The translations under genes were made by a program, and so were the position numbers. 64,000 nucleotides of DNA from Macrostomum lignano (Eukaryota): assembly GCA_002269645.1 (NCBI GenBank), contig NIVC01000944.1, positions 62,001-126,000 of the forward strand, read 5' to 3'. The stretch's first letter is position 1. Each line of letters begins with the position of its first letter. The notes beneath the pieces are model-generated. The model made no database searches. It had not been told where the DNA came from and saw only the letters and a program-made list of their open reading frames with translations. Below, piece after piece: positions 13,001 through 25,239 of this stretch.

Positions 13001-14241
13001 CTCGCTAACTCAGTCACTCAGTCACTCACTCACTCACTCACTCACTCACTCACTCACTCACTCACTCACACACTCACTCACTCACACTCACTTACTCCAT
13101 CACTCACTCACTTCCACTCGCTAACTCAGTCACTCAGTCACTCACTCACTCAGTCACTCAGTCACTCACTCACTCACTCACTCACTCACTCACTCACTCA
13201 CTCACTCACTCACTCACTCACTCACTTACTCACTCACTCACTCACTCACTCACTCACTCACTCACTCACTCACACACTCACTCACTCACTCACTCACTCA
13301 CTCACTCACTTACTCACTCACTCACTCACTCACTCACTCACTCACTCACCCACTAACTCACTCACTCACTCACTCACTCAATCACTCACTCACTCACTCA
13401 CTTACTCACTCAATCACTCCCACTCGCTAACTCAGTCACTCACTCGAACTCACTCACTCACTCACTCACTCACTCACTCACTCACTCACTCACTCACTCA
13501 CTCACTTACTCACTCACTCACTCACTCACTCACTCAATCACTCACTCACTCACTCAATCACTCACTCACTCACTCACTCAATGACTCACTCTCACACACT
13601 AATGTTCTCACTCACTCATTCCATCCCACAGGAAGCTCTACTATTCCAGCCAGTGCAACGCCGCACCGACTTTGCCACCGAAGCCGCCGACGGACGTCCA
13701 GACGGCGCTGCAGCCAACGCCGCACCCGGCGCCGGCGCTCCGCGTGAACTACGCAACCCTGCCGCCTAGCCTGGGCGGCGGCCGTTACTGCCTGATGCCG
13801 TTCACTGTGTACGCCGGTCAGGCCTTCTACCGGCCGCTGCGGCGGCCCAACTGCGTCACGGATGCCAGCGGCCGGAAGAACCTGACTGTGCTGCACATGC
13901 AGCTGTGCACCCAGGTGCGCCAGCGCTTTTTCAATGTGATGTGCCTATTGTTTCAGTACTCATCAGCTCACACTACTGCATAAGGCTTTCAAAGTAGTAA
14001 AATCGAGACATTCGTACCGGAATTTATGTATCTCTATAATACACGTCAGGTGCTTGCCGGCGCCTGCCTGCTGCGCAGCGGCTTCATCGCTTGGAACTCG
14101 GCGGCTCTGCGATTCGAGGGCATCCCGTTCGAGGACGATGTTGGAGAGAATCGCTTTGTGGTGCTCGTGACTGACGTTAACAGCAGCCAGTATGTGAGTG
14201 TATTTACTGTCTGTCTGCCTGTCTGTATGTCTGTCTGTCGA

Positions 14242-14331
<90 letters not shown>

Positions 14332-14381
14332 GATCTGTCTGTCTGTCTGTCTGTCTTTCTGTCTGTATGTCTGTCTGCCTC

Positions 14382-14430
<49 letters not shown>

Positions 14431-14431
14431 A

Positions 14432-14526
<95 letters not shown>

Positions 14527-16669
14527 GTCTGTCTGTCTGTATGTCACGCCTATGCCCTGGTCTCCCTTTCCCTCCAGGTGCAGGTGGAGCTGCTCGTGAC
14601 GGTAGCCAGCCTGGACCACCAGTTCCGGCACCACCAGGTCGTCACCACCATCAGCGCCGACTCGTCGCTCACCAGACGGGACGGCAGCGGGCTGCACGAA
14701 TATTTCAGGCGGCTCTACGAGATGCTCAGCGCCGTTATGTCAGGGGAGAGCATCTACCTGCAGCTGCGGGCCAGGGACTTCATGCACCTGCGGATGTCGC
14801 AGCCCGCCATGTGAGTTTCAAGCTGCTAGCCAAGCCAATCTACAAACTACCCACCCAACTATCTACTTGCCTACCTAATACCGCACGCTTCCCGCAGGTT
14901 TAATCTGACGGTGACCTGGGCCTATCTGGAGGCCAACAAGGAGCTGAGCCGGGAGCGGCAGCTGCGGCTCAACACCAGCTGCCCAGTAGACGAGCTCATG
15001 CTGCTGCGCTCCCACATCCAACGCCACCTGGAGACGGTGCTGAAGTCGCACCACATCCTGCTGCAGGGCACCTACGAGCTGCTGTTCGGCGAGTGCCGCC
15101 GGCTGGACTGGGCCGGCATCAAGCGGCGGCACAAGCTGGCCATGCGGCTCGGCCCCAGAGGCCGCGTTGTGGAGCCCGGTCGCCTGCCCGACAACCGCGG
15201 CAGTCGCGGCGGCGGCGGGGGCCTCGTCGGCACCTCGGACGTCGCCCTTGGCGGCTCGGAGGACTCAAATGTGATCCTCATCACTGTGCTGCCCGCCTGC
15301 GGCTTGGTCATCCTCGCCCTGCTGGTCGCCCTCGGGGTCGCCTGCTGCCTTTACCGGCGCAAGCCAGCCTCCGCCTCCGGGCGCTCCCAGCAGCAGCAGC
15401 AGCAGCAGCAACAGATGCAGGTGATCAGTGCTCAGCTGTTTTGGCTCAGTTAGCTCTCGTTTGCTTTCCTTAGTCGGACTCAATGAAGTCTTTAAAACTA
15501 AATGAAATTTGGCGACTCACCGTAGCAGTGAAAAGGCAGAGATATGGGGGATAGAGACAGAGAGAAGGGGGATAGGGGCAGAGAGAAGGGGATAAGGGCA
15601 GAGAGAGGGGGGATAGGGGCAGACAGAGGGGGATAGGGACAGAGAGAGGGGGATAGGGGCAGAGAGAGGGGGATAGGGGCAGAGAGAGGGGGATAGGGGC
15701 AGAGAGAGGGGGATAGGGGCAGAGAGAGGGGGATAGGGGCAGAGAGAGGGGGATAGAGGCAGAGAGAGGGGTATAGGGGCAGAGAGAGGGGAATAGGGGA
15801 AGAGAGAGGGGAATAGGGACAGAGAGAGGGGGATAGGGGCAGAGAGAAGGGGATAAGGGCAGAGAGAGGGGGGATAGGGGCAGACAGAGGGGGATAGGGA
15901 CAGAGAGAGGGGGATAGGGGCAGAGAGAGGGGGATAGGGGCAGAGAGAGGGGGATAGGGGCAGAGAGAGGGGGATAGGGGCAGAGAGAGGGGGATAGGGG
16001 CAGAGAGAGGGGGATAGAGGCAGAGAGAGGGGGATAGGGGCAGAGAGAGGGGAATAGGGGAAGAGAGAGGGGAATAGGGACAGAGAGAGGGGGATAGGGG
16101 CAGAGAGAGGGGGATAGAGGCAGAGAGAGGGGGATAGGGGCAGAGAGAGGGGGATAGGGGAAGAGAGAGGGGAATAGGGGAAGAGAGAGGGGGATAGGGA
16201 CAGAGAGAGGGGGATAGGGACAGAGAGAGGGGGACAGGGACAGAGAGAGGGGGGACAGGGACAGAGAGGTACTACTTACAGTAGTGCACTTCCTCTCTCA
16301 AACCCGCAGGGCCGGCAGGCAGGCCGGGCCGATCTCAGCCTGCTGTCCAACAAGCGGGTGCCCATCATCTTCGCCGAGGAGCTGGAGGAGCGGCCGTCGG
16401 CCCCCGGCCGGCCGCTGATTTTGCCGCACGAGAAGCCGCCCGGGCCGCTGCCCGCCGACTACCAGCTGCAGCAGCAGCGGCTGCTGATGAACTCGGCTGC
16501 CGGCACAGCCGTGGAGATGTTGCCCGCTGCACAGCCGGTGTTCCAGCAGCAGCACCTGGGCAACGGGCATCACAGCCTGCAGCGGCCTCAGCAGCAGCAG
16601 CACCTGGCCCAGGGCTCGGCCACAATTCAGCAGCGCCACTTCCAGCAGAACCATTATGCCGGTTATTAA
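7079..16669 (+). CDS. DAG1: Dystroglycan-like type I membrane protein, 11 coding exons, about 1218 aa
   Basis: Exons: 7079-7543, 8052-8509, 8605-8664, 9540-9972 (acceptor could be 9516), 11160-11374, 12400-12882, 13632-13914, 14050-14193, 14578-14810, 14898-15420, 16310-16669. All are GT-AG, phase-consistent, total 3657 nt. Signal peptide [14 protein letters not shown]. Cadherin/Ig-like [12 protein letters not shown]. Alpha-DG N2-like WQVGC...[10 protein letters not shown]. Furin-like RLRR. Further CADG repeats ([13 protein letters not shown]). TM segment [11 protein letters not shown]...CCLYRRK. Cytoplasmic [11 protein letters not shown] matches dystroglycan KGVPIIFADEL. Confidence 0.88.
7625..7985. 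repeat. Intronic minisatellite, 15-bp unit (ggggattcaggtggt)
   Basis: Tandem copies in dystroglycan intron 1. Confidence 0.95.
8680..9492. repeat. Intronic minisatellite, 18-bp unit (gggatcagattcgagcat)
   Basis: About 45 copies in dystroglycan intron 3. Confidence 0.95.
10095..11130. repeat. Intronic minisatellite, 24-bp unit (ttcctagaatcactcatttgcag[g/t])
   Basis: About 42 copies in dystroglycan intron 4, with a higher-order variant pattern. Confidence 0.95.
11440..12345. repeat. Intronic minisatellite, 18-bp unit (gtagtcaggagtgtctgg)
   Basis: Tandem copies in dystroglycan intron 5. Confidence 0.95.
12955..13620. repeat. (ACTC)n microsatellite
   Basis: Fills dystroglycan intron 6. Confidence 0.97.
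14205..14540. repeat. (TCTG)n microsatellite
   Basis: Fills dystroglycan intron 8. Confidence 0.97.
15540..16268. repeat. Purine-rich minisatellite, about 20-bp unit (gagagagggggataggggca)
   Basis: Fills dystroglycan intron 10; G-run rich. Confidence 0.95.
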
Positions 16670-17859
16670 TAATTAACTCTTTGTCCTGTGCTGGGTTGCA
16701 CATGCCGACACGCGTTGCAAAATTTTATTTTAACTGCTTTCTAGCTGAACTGATGGATAGCATAGAGTTTATATAGAATCACTTCTATAATACTTTTATA
16801 TATTTTTTTCAATATATGCATGCATTGCAATGCACTGATATTTCAGCTACCAGTATCAAAGATAAAAATATAGTTATTACAAAGCTAAGGTCTGCTACTG
16901 TTTGACTGTTTGTCTGCAATTGACGCATCGGTGCTGCCCGTGTTGTGTCGCAAGCAAGCAAGCTGCTCCCAGCCTTCAATCGGTAAAAACCTAACCAGAC
17001 TGCATGCTCTGCGCTTTGCCCAAGTGTTTTGCAACACATGCTAGTCATTCTGGCTTGCTTCTGTCCTACACTTGATTTAGCTAAGCATAATAATATTGTG
17101 TACTATGGATATCAATCTCGGCTGCTACACACTGATTATCGCTGCAGATTACACCGAATTCCATTCATTCAATGCTTACTAAATGCATTATTTTTGTTAA
17201 ACCTATGACAATATGTAACTATTATTATGTGCCCGCATTGTTAGCGCATAACTGCGGCATGATTTTGCATTTTTCATATGCGCGTTTAATCTTGACCTGC
17301 GCTGATACTGTTCACATGCTCTGCCATCACTCATGCCTAGCTGGTATCTATAGTGTTTTTCCTACTCGTTGCTATTGGCAACCAGCCCGCTAATTGATGT
17401 TGTAGCATCGGATTAACTCACTCCCGAGTCAGTGGCAATAATGCTATTTCTACTAAGCCTTGTGTTGTTACTAATACATTAATTTACTACATAATACAGT
17501 ACCATTGCTTCTCTGACTGATTATTTAATTATTACAAATCACATGATTCAAATAAATCAAATTAAACCTGGTTTTATTGCCCTTGCATGAGCATAGCTGA
17601 ATGCTCAGTTTTTATTTCGGAGTTCACTTATCTAGAAATTTCTCTGCTCAAGTGAGGAACCTATTAAGTAGATAATTGAGTAGGTCAGTGAATTTATAAA
17701 ACATGAGCATAGTTATTATTCTGTTGAAGAGATCTTAAACATAGGCGGTCTATACGCCGGCCACAGAACTTGTTTGCTGAACCTTGCCTATCAGTTTCTC
17801 TAACTTCTCTTGCTATTGACCCTCACTTCCCTGACCCATCCTCCTTAGCTTGAATCTCA

Positions 17860-18245
17860 CTTGCTTGACCAACCCTCACTTCTTTGACCCACCCTCACTT
17901 CTTTGATCCACCCTCACTTCCTTGACCCACCCTCTCTTCCTTGACCCACCCTCAATTCCTTGACCCACCCTCAATTCCTTGACCCACCCTCACTTCTTTG
18001 ACCCACCCTCTCTTCTTTGATCCATCCTCACTTCTTGACCCACCCTCTCTTCCTTGACCCACCCTCTTCCTTGACCCACCCTCAATTCCTTGACCCACCC
18101 TCAATTCCTTGACCCACCCTCAATTCTTTGACCCACCCTCACTTCTTTGACCCACCCTCACTTCTTTGACCCACCCTCAATTCCTTGACCCACCCTCAAT
18201 TCCTTGACCCACTCTCACTTCTTTGACCCACCCTCACTTCTTTGA
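17860..18245. repeat. Minisatellite, about 20-bp unit (cttctttgacccaccctca)
   Basis: Lies between dystroglycan and ACO2. Confidence 0.93.
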
Positions 18246-18410
18246 CCCTCATCTCTTCAATCTTTAACTCTTTTCACCCAGCTTCTTCTGCATCTCCCCG
18301 CTGCCTTGATTTTGCCTTCTTTTTAATTTAAAGCCGCGCTTTTTGCTAAGGTGCGAGGCTTATTGGGCCACTGTCAGTCCAGCTGTCTATGGCCGCAACT
18401 CCCCGATAAG

Positions 18411-18417
18411 CGGAAGT
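18411..18417 (+). promoter_or_regulatory. ETS/GABP-like motif CGGAAGT upstream of ACO2
   Basis: About 60 nt upstream of the ATG. The motif is common in promoters of nuclear-encoded mitochondrial genes. Confidence 0.3.
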
Positions 18418-18479
18418 AAAAAGGCAGCCCGCTGCCTGGATCTCAGTTGCTAAGCCCCGATTCCGCGCCCCCCGCTTTC

Positions 18480-21400
18480 ATGTCAGCCATGCCGATGCTG
18501 CTCAACCGCCTGGCGCAGCTGCGCTCGCCGCTGCTCAGCTCCCTGCCGGCCGCCCGCGGCCTGGCCAGCAAGACCAAGGTCAAGCAGGTGGCCATGAGCC
18601 GCTTCGACCCTGAGCACTACGTCAACTTCGACGTGCTCGAGCACAACCTGGTGCTGGTACGCAAGCGCCTGGCCCGCCCCATGACTCTCAGCGAGAAGGT
18701 TCTCTACAGCCATCTGGCCGACCCCAGCAACCAGGACATCAAGCGGGGCGAGAGCTACCTGCGGCTGCACCCAGACCGGGTTGCCATGCAGGACGCCACC
18801 GCCCAGATGGCGATGCTGCAGTTCATCAGCAGCGGCCTGCCCCGCGTGGCCGTGCCGTCCACCATCCACTGCGACCACCTCATCGAGGCTCAGGTGCGGC
18901 TTGGGCGGCCTGCAAACTCGTTCACAATCTAGAGGCTCTGGGTAGCCAGGTTAAGCTATTCATCCTGAGGCCCTTGTAGAGTGTGTAATACCTGCGACTT
19001 TGGTGGCTTTCTCATTGGTCAGGCAGTTGTACACACTGCACCTTGAAGGGGTTGTACTTCCTGGACGCCATCCCTTCAATCTAAGAGCCAATAAAGTCTA
19101 GTGTCAATAAAGGTCATGGTCTCAATTGAACTTAATCTAAGCTACTTAATCAGTAGTATAAATCGATTGTTTTGTAGCACATTAAACAAAAACTTGTTTC
19201 GCTGCCGCAACACGCAGGTGGGCAGCGAGAAGGACCTGGCCCGCGCCAAGGACATCAACAAGGAGGTGTACGCCTTCCTGTCCAGCTCGGCCGCCAAATA
19301 CGGCGTGGGCTTCTGGAAGCCGGGCTCCGGCATCATCCACCAGATCGTACTGGAGAACTACGCCTACCCCGGCCTGCTGATCATCGGCACCGACTCGCAC
19401 ACGCCCAACGGCGGCGGCCTCGGCGGCCTCTGCATCGGCGTTGGCGGCGCCGACGCTGTCGACGTCATGGCTGGCATCCCCTGGGAGCTGAAGTGCCCGA
19501 AGGTCATCGGCGTCAAGCTCACCGGCAAGATGAGCGGCTGGACCAGCGCCAAGGACGTCATCCTCAAGGTGGCCGACATCCTCACCGTCAAGGGCGGCAC
19601 CGGCGCCATTGTGGAGTATTTCGGCCCCGGCGTGGACTCAATCAACTGCACCGGCATGGCCACCATCTGCAACATGGGCGCTGAGATCGGCGCTACCACC
19701 TCCGTGTTCCCCTTCAATGACCGCATGCAGGTGGGCGAGAGACTGACTGTCTGTGCGACTGTGACTGCGTCTGTCTGTCTGTGTTAGTGACGTGTGTTTG
19801 TCGATCTTTGTCAGTCCCGTGTTCTCTGCTTCCGCCTGTCTACGCATGGCCTCCAATCCAGATGTTTTTGCTTGATTCCCCTCCCCTCAGGACTACCTAT
19901 CGGCCACGGGCCGCAAGGACATCGGCGACCTGGCCAGCATGTACAAAGGCGTGCTGCTGACCGCGGACAAGGACGCCCGCTACGATCAGCTGATCGAGAT
20001 CGACCTGTCCAAACTGGAGCCGCACGTGAACGGCCCCTTCACACCCGACCTGGCGCACCCCATCAGCAAGCTGGGCCAGGCCGCCAAGGACAACTCCTGG
20101 CCCATGGACATCAGCGTCGGCCTGATCGGCTCGTGCACCAACTCCAGCTACGAGGACATGTCCCGCGCCGCCTCCTTGGCCCGCCAGGCCAGCAGCCGTG
20201 GCGTGAAGGCCAAGTCCAAGTTCGTCATCACGCCGGGCTCCGAGCAGATCCGCGCCACCATCGAGCGCGACGGCCAGGCGAAGGCGCTCGCCGACATCGG
20301 CGGAATCGTCCTGGCCAACGCCTGCGGGCCCTGCATCGGCCAGTGGGACCGCCAGGACGTGCCCAAGGGCAGCAAGAACACCATCGTGAACTCCTACAAC
20401 CGCAACTTCACCGGCCGCAACGACGCCAACCCGGCCACGCACTCCTTCGTCACCTCACCGGAGATGGTCACCGCCCTGTCTTTGGCCGGCCGCCTGGACT
20501 TCAACCCGCTCACCGACTCCCTCACCGACGCCAGCGGGGCCAAGTTCAAGCTCGAGCCGCCGCAGGGTGACGCCCTGCCTAACAAGGGATTCGATCCGGG
20601 CCAGGACACCTACCAGGCCCCGCCTGCCGACGGCAACCAGCTTCAGGTTGGCTGAGCTGGCACCGCTGCGGGGCGGATGGGGCACCGCTGCGGGGCGGAT
20701 GGGGCACGGCTGCAGGGCGGATGGGGCACCGCTGGAGGGCGGATGGGGCACCGCTGTGGGGCGGATGGGGCACCGCTGCAGGGCGGATGGGGCACCGCCG
20801 TGGGGTGGGAGCTGATGCTGCGGGGCCGGAGCCTTCAATAATACGCCAACCCAATTCTCCCCTGTAGGTCGACGTCGACCCAAAGAGTGACCGTCTACAG
20901 CTGCTGGAGCCATTCAACCGCTGGGACGGCAAGGACCTGGACGACATGCTGGTGCTGATCAAGATCAAGGGCAAGTGCACCACCGACCACATCAGCATGG
21001 CCGGGCCCTGGCTGAAGTACCGCGGCCACCTGGACAACATCTCCAACAACATGTTCATCGGGGCCATCAACTCGGAGAACGGCGAGGCCAACAAGCTGAA
21101 GAACCAGCTGACCGGTCAGTACGACACTGTGCCGGCGGTGGCCCGCGCCTACAAGGCCAAGGGCCTCGCTTGGGTGGCTATCGGCGACGAGAACTATGGC
21201 GAGGGCTCCTCGCGGGAGCACGCGGCTCTGGAGCCCCGCCACCTCGGCGCTCGGGCCATTATTGTCAAGAGCTTTGCCCGCATCCACGAGACCAACCTCA
21301 AGAAGCAGGTGCGGACTGCCGCCTCTCTGATACTCGCCTCTGACATCACCTGATACGGACTTTGACACCCAACTGACACGACTTTTGACACCCACTTCTG

Positions 21401-22442
21401 ACAGCCACATCTGACACCACCCCTGATACCCAATTGACACGACCTCTGACACCTAATTGACATGAACTCTGACACCACCTCTGACACCCAATTGACACGA
21501 CCTCTGACACCACCCCTGACACCCAATTGACACGACCTCTGACACCACCCCTGACACCCAATTGACACGACCTCTGACACCACCCCTGACACCCACCATT
21601 GGCACCTACCCCTGACACCCAACTCTGACACCACCCCTGACATCCAACTCTGACACCACCCTGACGCCCAACTCTGACATGACCTCTGACACCACTCCTG
21701 ACACCCACCGTTGGCATCCACCCCTGACACCCAACTCTGACACCACCCCTGACATCCAACTCTGACACCACCCTGACGCCCAACTCTGACATGACCTCTG
21801 ACACCACTCCTGACACCCACCGTTGGCATCCACCCCTGACATCCAACTCTGACACCACCCCTGACACCAAACTCTGACACCACCCCTGACACCAAACTCT
21901 GACACCACCCCTGACACCAATCTCTGACACCACCCCTGACACCAATCTCTGACACCACCCCTGACACCAATCTCTGACACCACCCCTGACACCAATCTCT
22001 GACACCCACTGACACCCACATCTGAAACCCAACTCTTACATCATCTGACAGCACCTCTGACATCCACGCACTTTTGACAACCCTCTTCTAGCACCCAAAC
22101 TCTGACACCCATGCCCCGCTGACACTCATTCGCCTCTCACACCGACGGCTGACACCCAGCCAACTCTGCCTGCCACCTGACACCACTCACCCCCCTCAGG
22201 GTCTGCTCCCGCTGACCTTCGAGTCGCCGGCCGACTACGACAAGATCCGGCCGGACAGCCGGGTGTCCCTGAAGGACCTCGGCCAGCTGGCCCCCGGCAA
22301 GAAGGTCCGATGCGTGGTTCGCCACGCCGACGGCGGCACGGAGGAGATCTACCTGAAGCACTCGTTGAACGAGAACCAGATCGAGTGGTTCAAGGCGGGC
22401 AGCGCGCTGAACCGGATGCGGGACCTGCAGAAGAGCCAGTAG
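18480..22442 (+). CDS. ACO2: Mitochondrial aconitate hydratase, 5 exons, 788 aa
   Basis: Exons 18480-18893, 19218-19730, 19891-20646, 20868-21308, 22200-22442, all phase 0. Basic, Leu-rich transit peptide. Hallmark motifs [67 protein letters not shown]. Confidence 0.98.
20655..20815. repeat. GC-rich 22-bp minisatellite (ggggcaccgctgcggggcggat)
   Basis: Fills ACO2 intron 3. Confidence 0.9.
21335..22190. repeat. Degenerate ctgacacc-based minisatellite (about 21-25-bp units)
   Basis: Fills ACO2 intron 4. Confidence 0.93.
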
Positions 22443-22585
22443 CGACCCCGCCTTCATATCTGATGCCGCTGCCTTCCCAGCATCCTCGTGTAGCGTTTAG
22501 CACAGAAGAAGTATAACTAAATTAATCACATATTTGTAGACTATTTCGGCTCCTGGGAAATCGAATTTTGTTTTTTTGGAAAGCC

Positions 22586-22591
22586 AATAAA
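22586..22591 (+). other. Candidate polyadenylation signal of ACO2
   Basis: AATAAA about 145 nt after the stop codon. Confidence 0.4.
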
Positions 22592-22864
22592 GACAGAATT
22601 GCATCCCTCTCTGCGTCTCCGCCTCTCCCAGCTGGGCCCGTCTCTCATCGCCTCTGTGGCCGTGCATCGATATTCCTGTTGACTGGCTGGCGCCGTTTTG
22701 TCTTCAATAAGAATTTACCGCTGGCTAAGCCTATTTTCAGTTCCTTGTGTGCAAATACGGGTCACTCATTTTTGTATTGTTCCTGTTGGCGATTTTGGCT
22801 CCGTGTTAATTCGAATAAGTATAAGATAGAGTGATTCTAGAGATGGCTGAAATTAAATGGAGCG

Positions 22865-23330
22865 ATTAGAAATCGACGAGAGATTAGAGATCGATCAGAT
22901 AGATTAGAGATTGATCAGAGAGATTAGAGATTGATCAGAGAGATTAGAGATCTACGAGAGATTTAGAAATTGATCAGAGGGATCAGAGATTGCTCAGAGA
23001 GATTAGAGATTGATCAGAGAGATAAGAGATCTACGAGAGATTTAGAAATTGATCAGAGGGATCAGAGATTGCTCAGAGAGATTAGAGATTGATCAGAGAG
23101 ATTAGAGATCGATTGAAGAGTTCAATGATCGATGGGTGAGAGATTAGAGATCAATGAGAGAAATTGGAGATCGATGAGAGAGATTAAAGATTGATTGAAG
23201 GGCTCAAAGATCGATGGGAGAGAAAGTAGAGATTGACGAGAGATTAGAGATCGATCAGAGAAATTAGACATTGGTAAAGAGAGATTAGAGATCAATGAGA
23301 GAGATCAGAGATTAATTAATGAGAAAGATG
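22865..23330. repeat. Degenerate about 20-bp minisatellite (gagagattagagattgatca)
   Basis: Downstream of ACO2. Confidence 0.85.
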
Positions 23331-23929
23331 AAAGATGAGACATTGAAATAAGGGAGAGATCAGCTGCAATTCAGAGCTACTATCAGTAGTTAGTATAGTA
23401 CAGTCTTGCGGATTGGCGCAGTCCCATCTATCGCGTGCTATTCATAGCCACGCTGTCCGGGGCAGTTTTGGCTAATTTTAAGGTCTAATTTGTTTATTGC
23501 CTAATTAAACCTGTAGCTGATTGCGTGTTTCGTGTGCCCAAACGGCCCCAGGTAGCTTAGAGACTAGCTAGACAGGCCACTAGCCGTTTGCTGGCTGCGG
23601 CTTCATCATATGTACTATTGATTATTTGTTAACAGCAAAGCTATAGCCTTACTAGAATAGAATAATACTCGCATGATGCATTGATTTCTGTAATCGCACT
23701 GTTAGCCAGTTGCCATGGTGATTTGTTTGTCGACCTGAAAAGTTTTTTCTGTATTTTAATTAAAAATAAATCTAACCTGTTCGAACTGCGGCTCTTGCAT
23801 TAAATTGATTTTGATTTTGCAATTCTATTTTTGTACGAAGGCTTTTTTGGTAAACAAGTCCCATTGCCAAGTCAGTGAGTCATTCCTTGGCGGTTTGTGT
23901 TAGCGACTGGGTGAATGTTACAGCAGATC

Positions 23930-25045
23930 ACAGTGGGCAGTGAGCAGATCACAGTAAGCAGTGAGCAGATCACAGTAAGCAGTGAGCAGATCACAGTAGG
24001 CAGTGAGCAGATCACAGTAAGCAGTGAGCAGATCACAGTGAGCAGATCACAGTGGGCAGTGAGCAGATCACAGTAAGCAGTGAGCAGATCACAGTGAGCA
24101 GATCACAGTGGGCAGTGAGCAGATCACAGTAAGCAGTGAGCAGATCACAGTAAGCAGTGAGCAGATCACAGTAAGCAGTGAGCAGATCACAGTAGGCAGT
24201 GAGCAGATCACAGTAGGCAGTGAGCAGATCACAGTAAGCAGTGAGCAGAACACAGTGAGCATATCACAGTGAGCAGTGAGCAGATCACAGTGAGCAGATC
24301 ACAGTGAGCAGATCATGAGATCACAGTGAGCAGATCACAGTGAGCAGATCACAGTGAGCAGATCACAGTAAGCAGTGAGCAGATCACAGTGAGCAGATCA
24401 CAGTAAGCAGGGAGCAGATCACAGTGAGCAGATCACAGTAAGCAGTGAGCAGATCACAGTGAGCAGATCACAGTAGGCAGTGAGCAGATCACTGTGAGCA
24501 GATCACAGTGAGCAGATCACAGTGAGCAGATCACAGTGAGCAGATCACAGTGAGTAGATCACAGTGAGCAGATCACAGTAGGCAGTGAGCAGATCACATT
24601 AAGCAGTGAGCAGATCACAGTGAGCAGATCACATTAAGCAGTGAGCAGATCACAGTGAGCAGATCACAGTGAGCAGATCACAGTAGGCAGTGAGCAGATC
24701 ACAGTAAGCAGTGAGCAGATCACAGTGAGCAGATCACAGTGAGCAGATCACAGTAGGCAGTGAGCAGATCACAGTGAGCAGATCACAGTGAGCAGATCAC
24801 AGTAGGCAGTGAGCAGATCACAGTAAGCAGTGAGAAGATCACAGTGAGCAGATCACAGTAGGCAGTGAGCAGATCACAGTAGGCAGTGAGCAGATCACAG
24901 TAGGCAGTGAGCAGATCACAGTAGGCAGTGAGCAGATCACAGTAGGCAGTGAGAAGGTCACAGTGAGCAGATCACAGTAGGCAGTGAGAAGATCACAGTG
25001 AGCAGATCACAGTAGGCAGTGAGAAGATCACAGTGAGCAGATCCA
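23930..25045. repeat. Minisatellite, 14-bp core (cagtgagcagatca) with 21/22-bp variants
   Basis: Upstream of the SHOC2-like gene. Confidence 0.95.
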
Positions 25046-25239
25046 CTTAAGCTTGTGTGCCGCCCTCGCATTTCTGCATCCCAGCGATTCGGCCCTGTAC
25101 GCTGTTTCTATCTTATTAGCTTCGCATCAGCGGCTTGTTGCCTTTTTTCAGTGCAACAAACTGCCGCCCCGCTGTTGCAATTTGAGCATCGGGTTGCACT
25201 CTACGCCTCGCTGTATTTATTTATAACCCTGCCGCTTGC

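Noticed and set aside
18360-18490. Iron-responsive element in the ACO2 5' UTR, as in vertebrates
   Set aside because: No CAGUGN loop with a C-bulge stem is visible; the nearest sequence is CAGTTG with no supporting stem.
23930-25045. CRISPR-like appearance of regularly spaced repeats (also 59567-62420)
   Set aside because: No unique spacers and no cas genes, in a eukaryotic context; these are simple tandem arrays.
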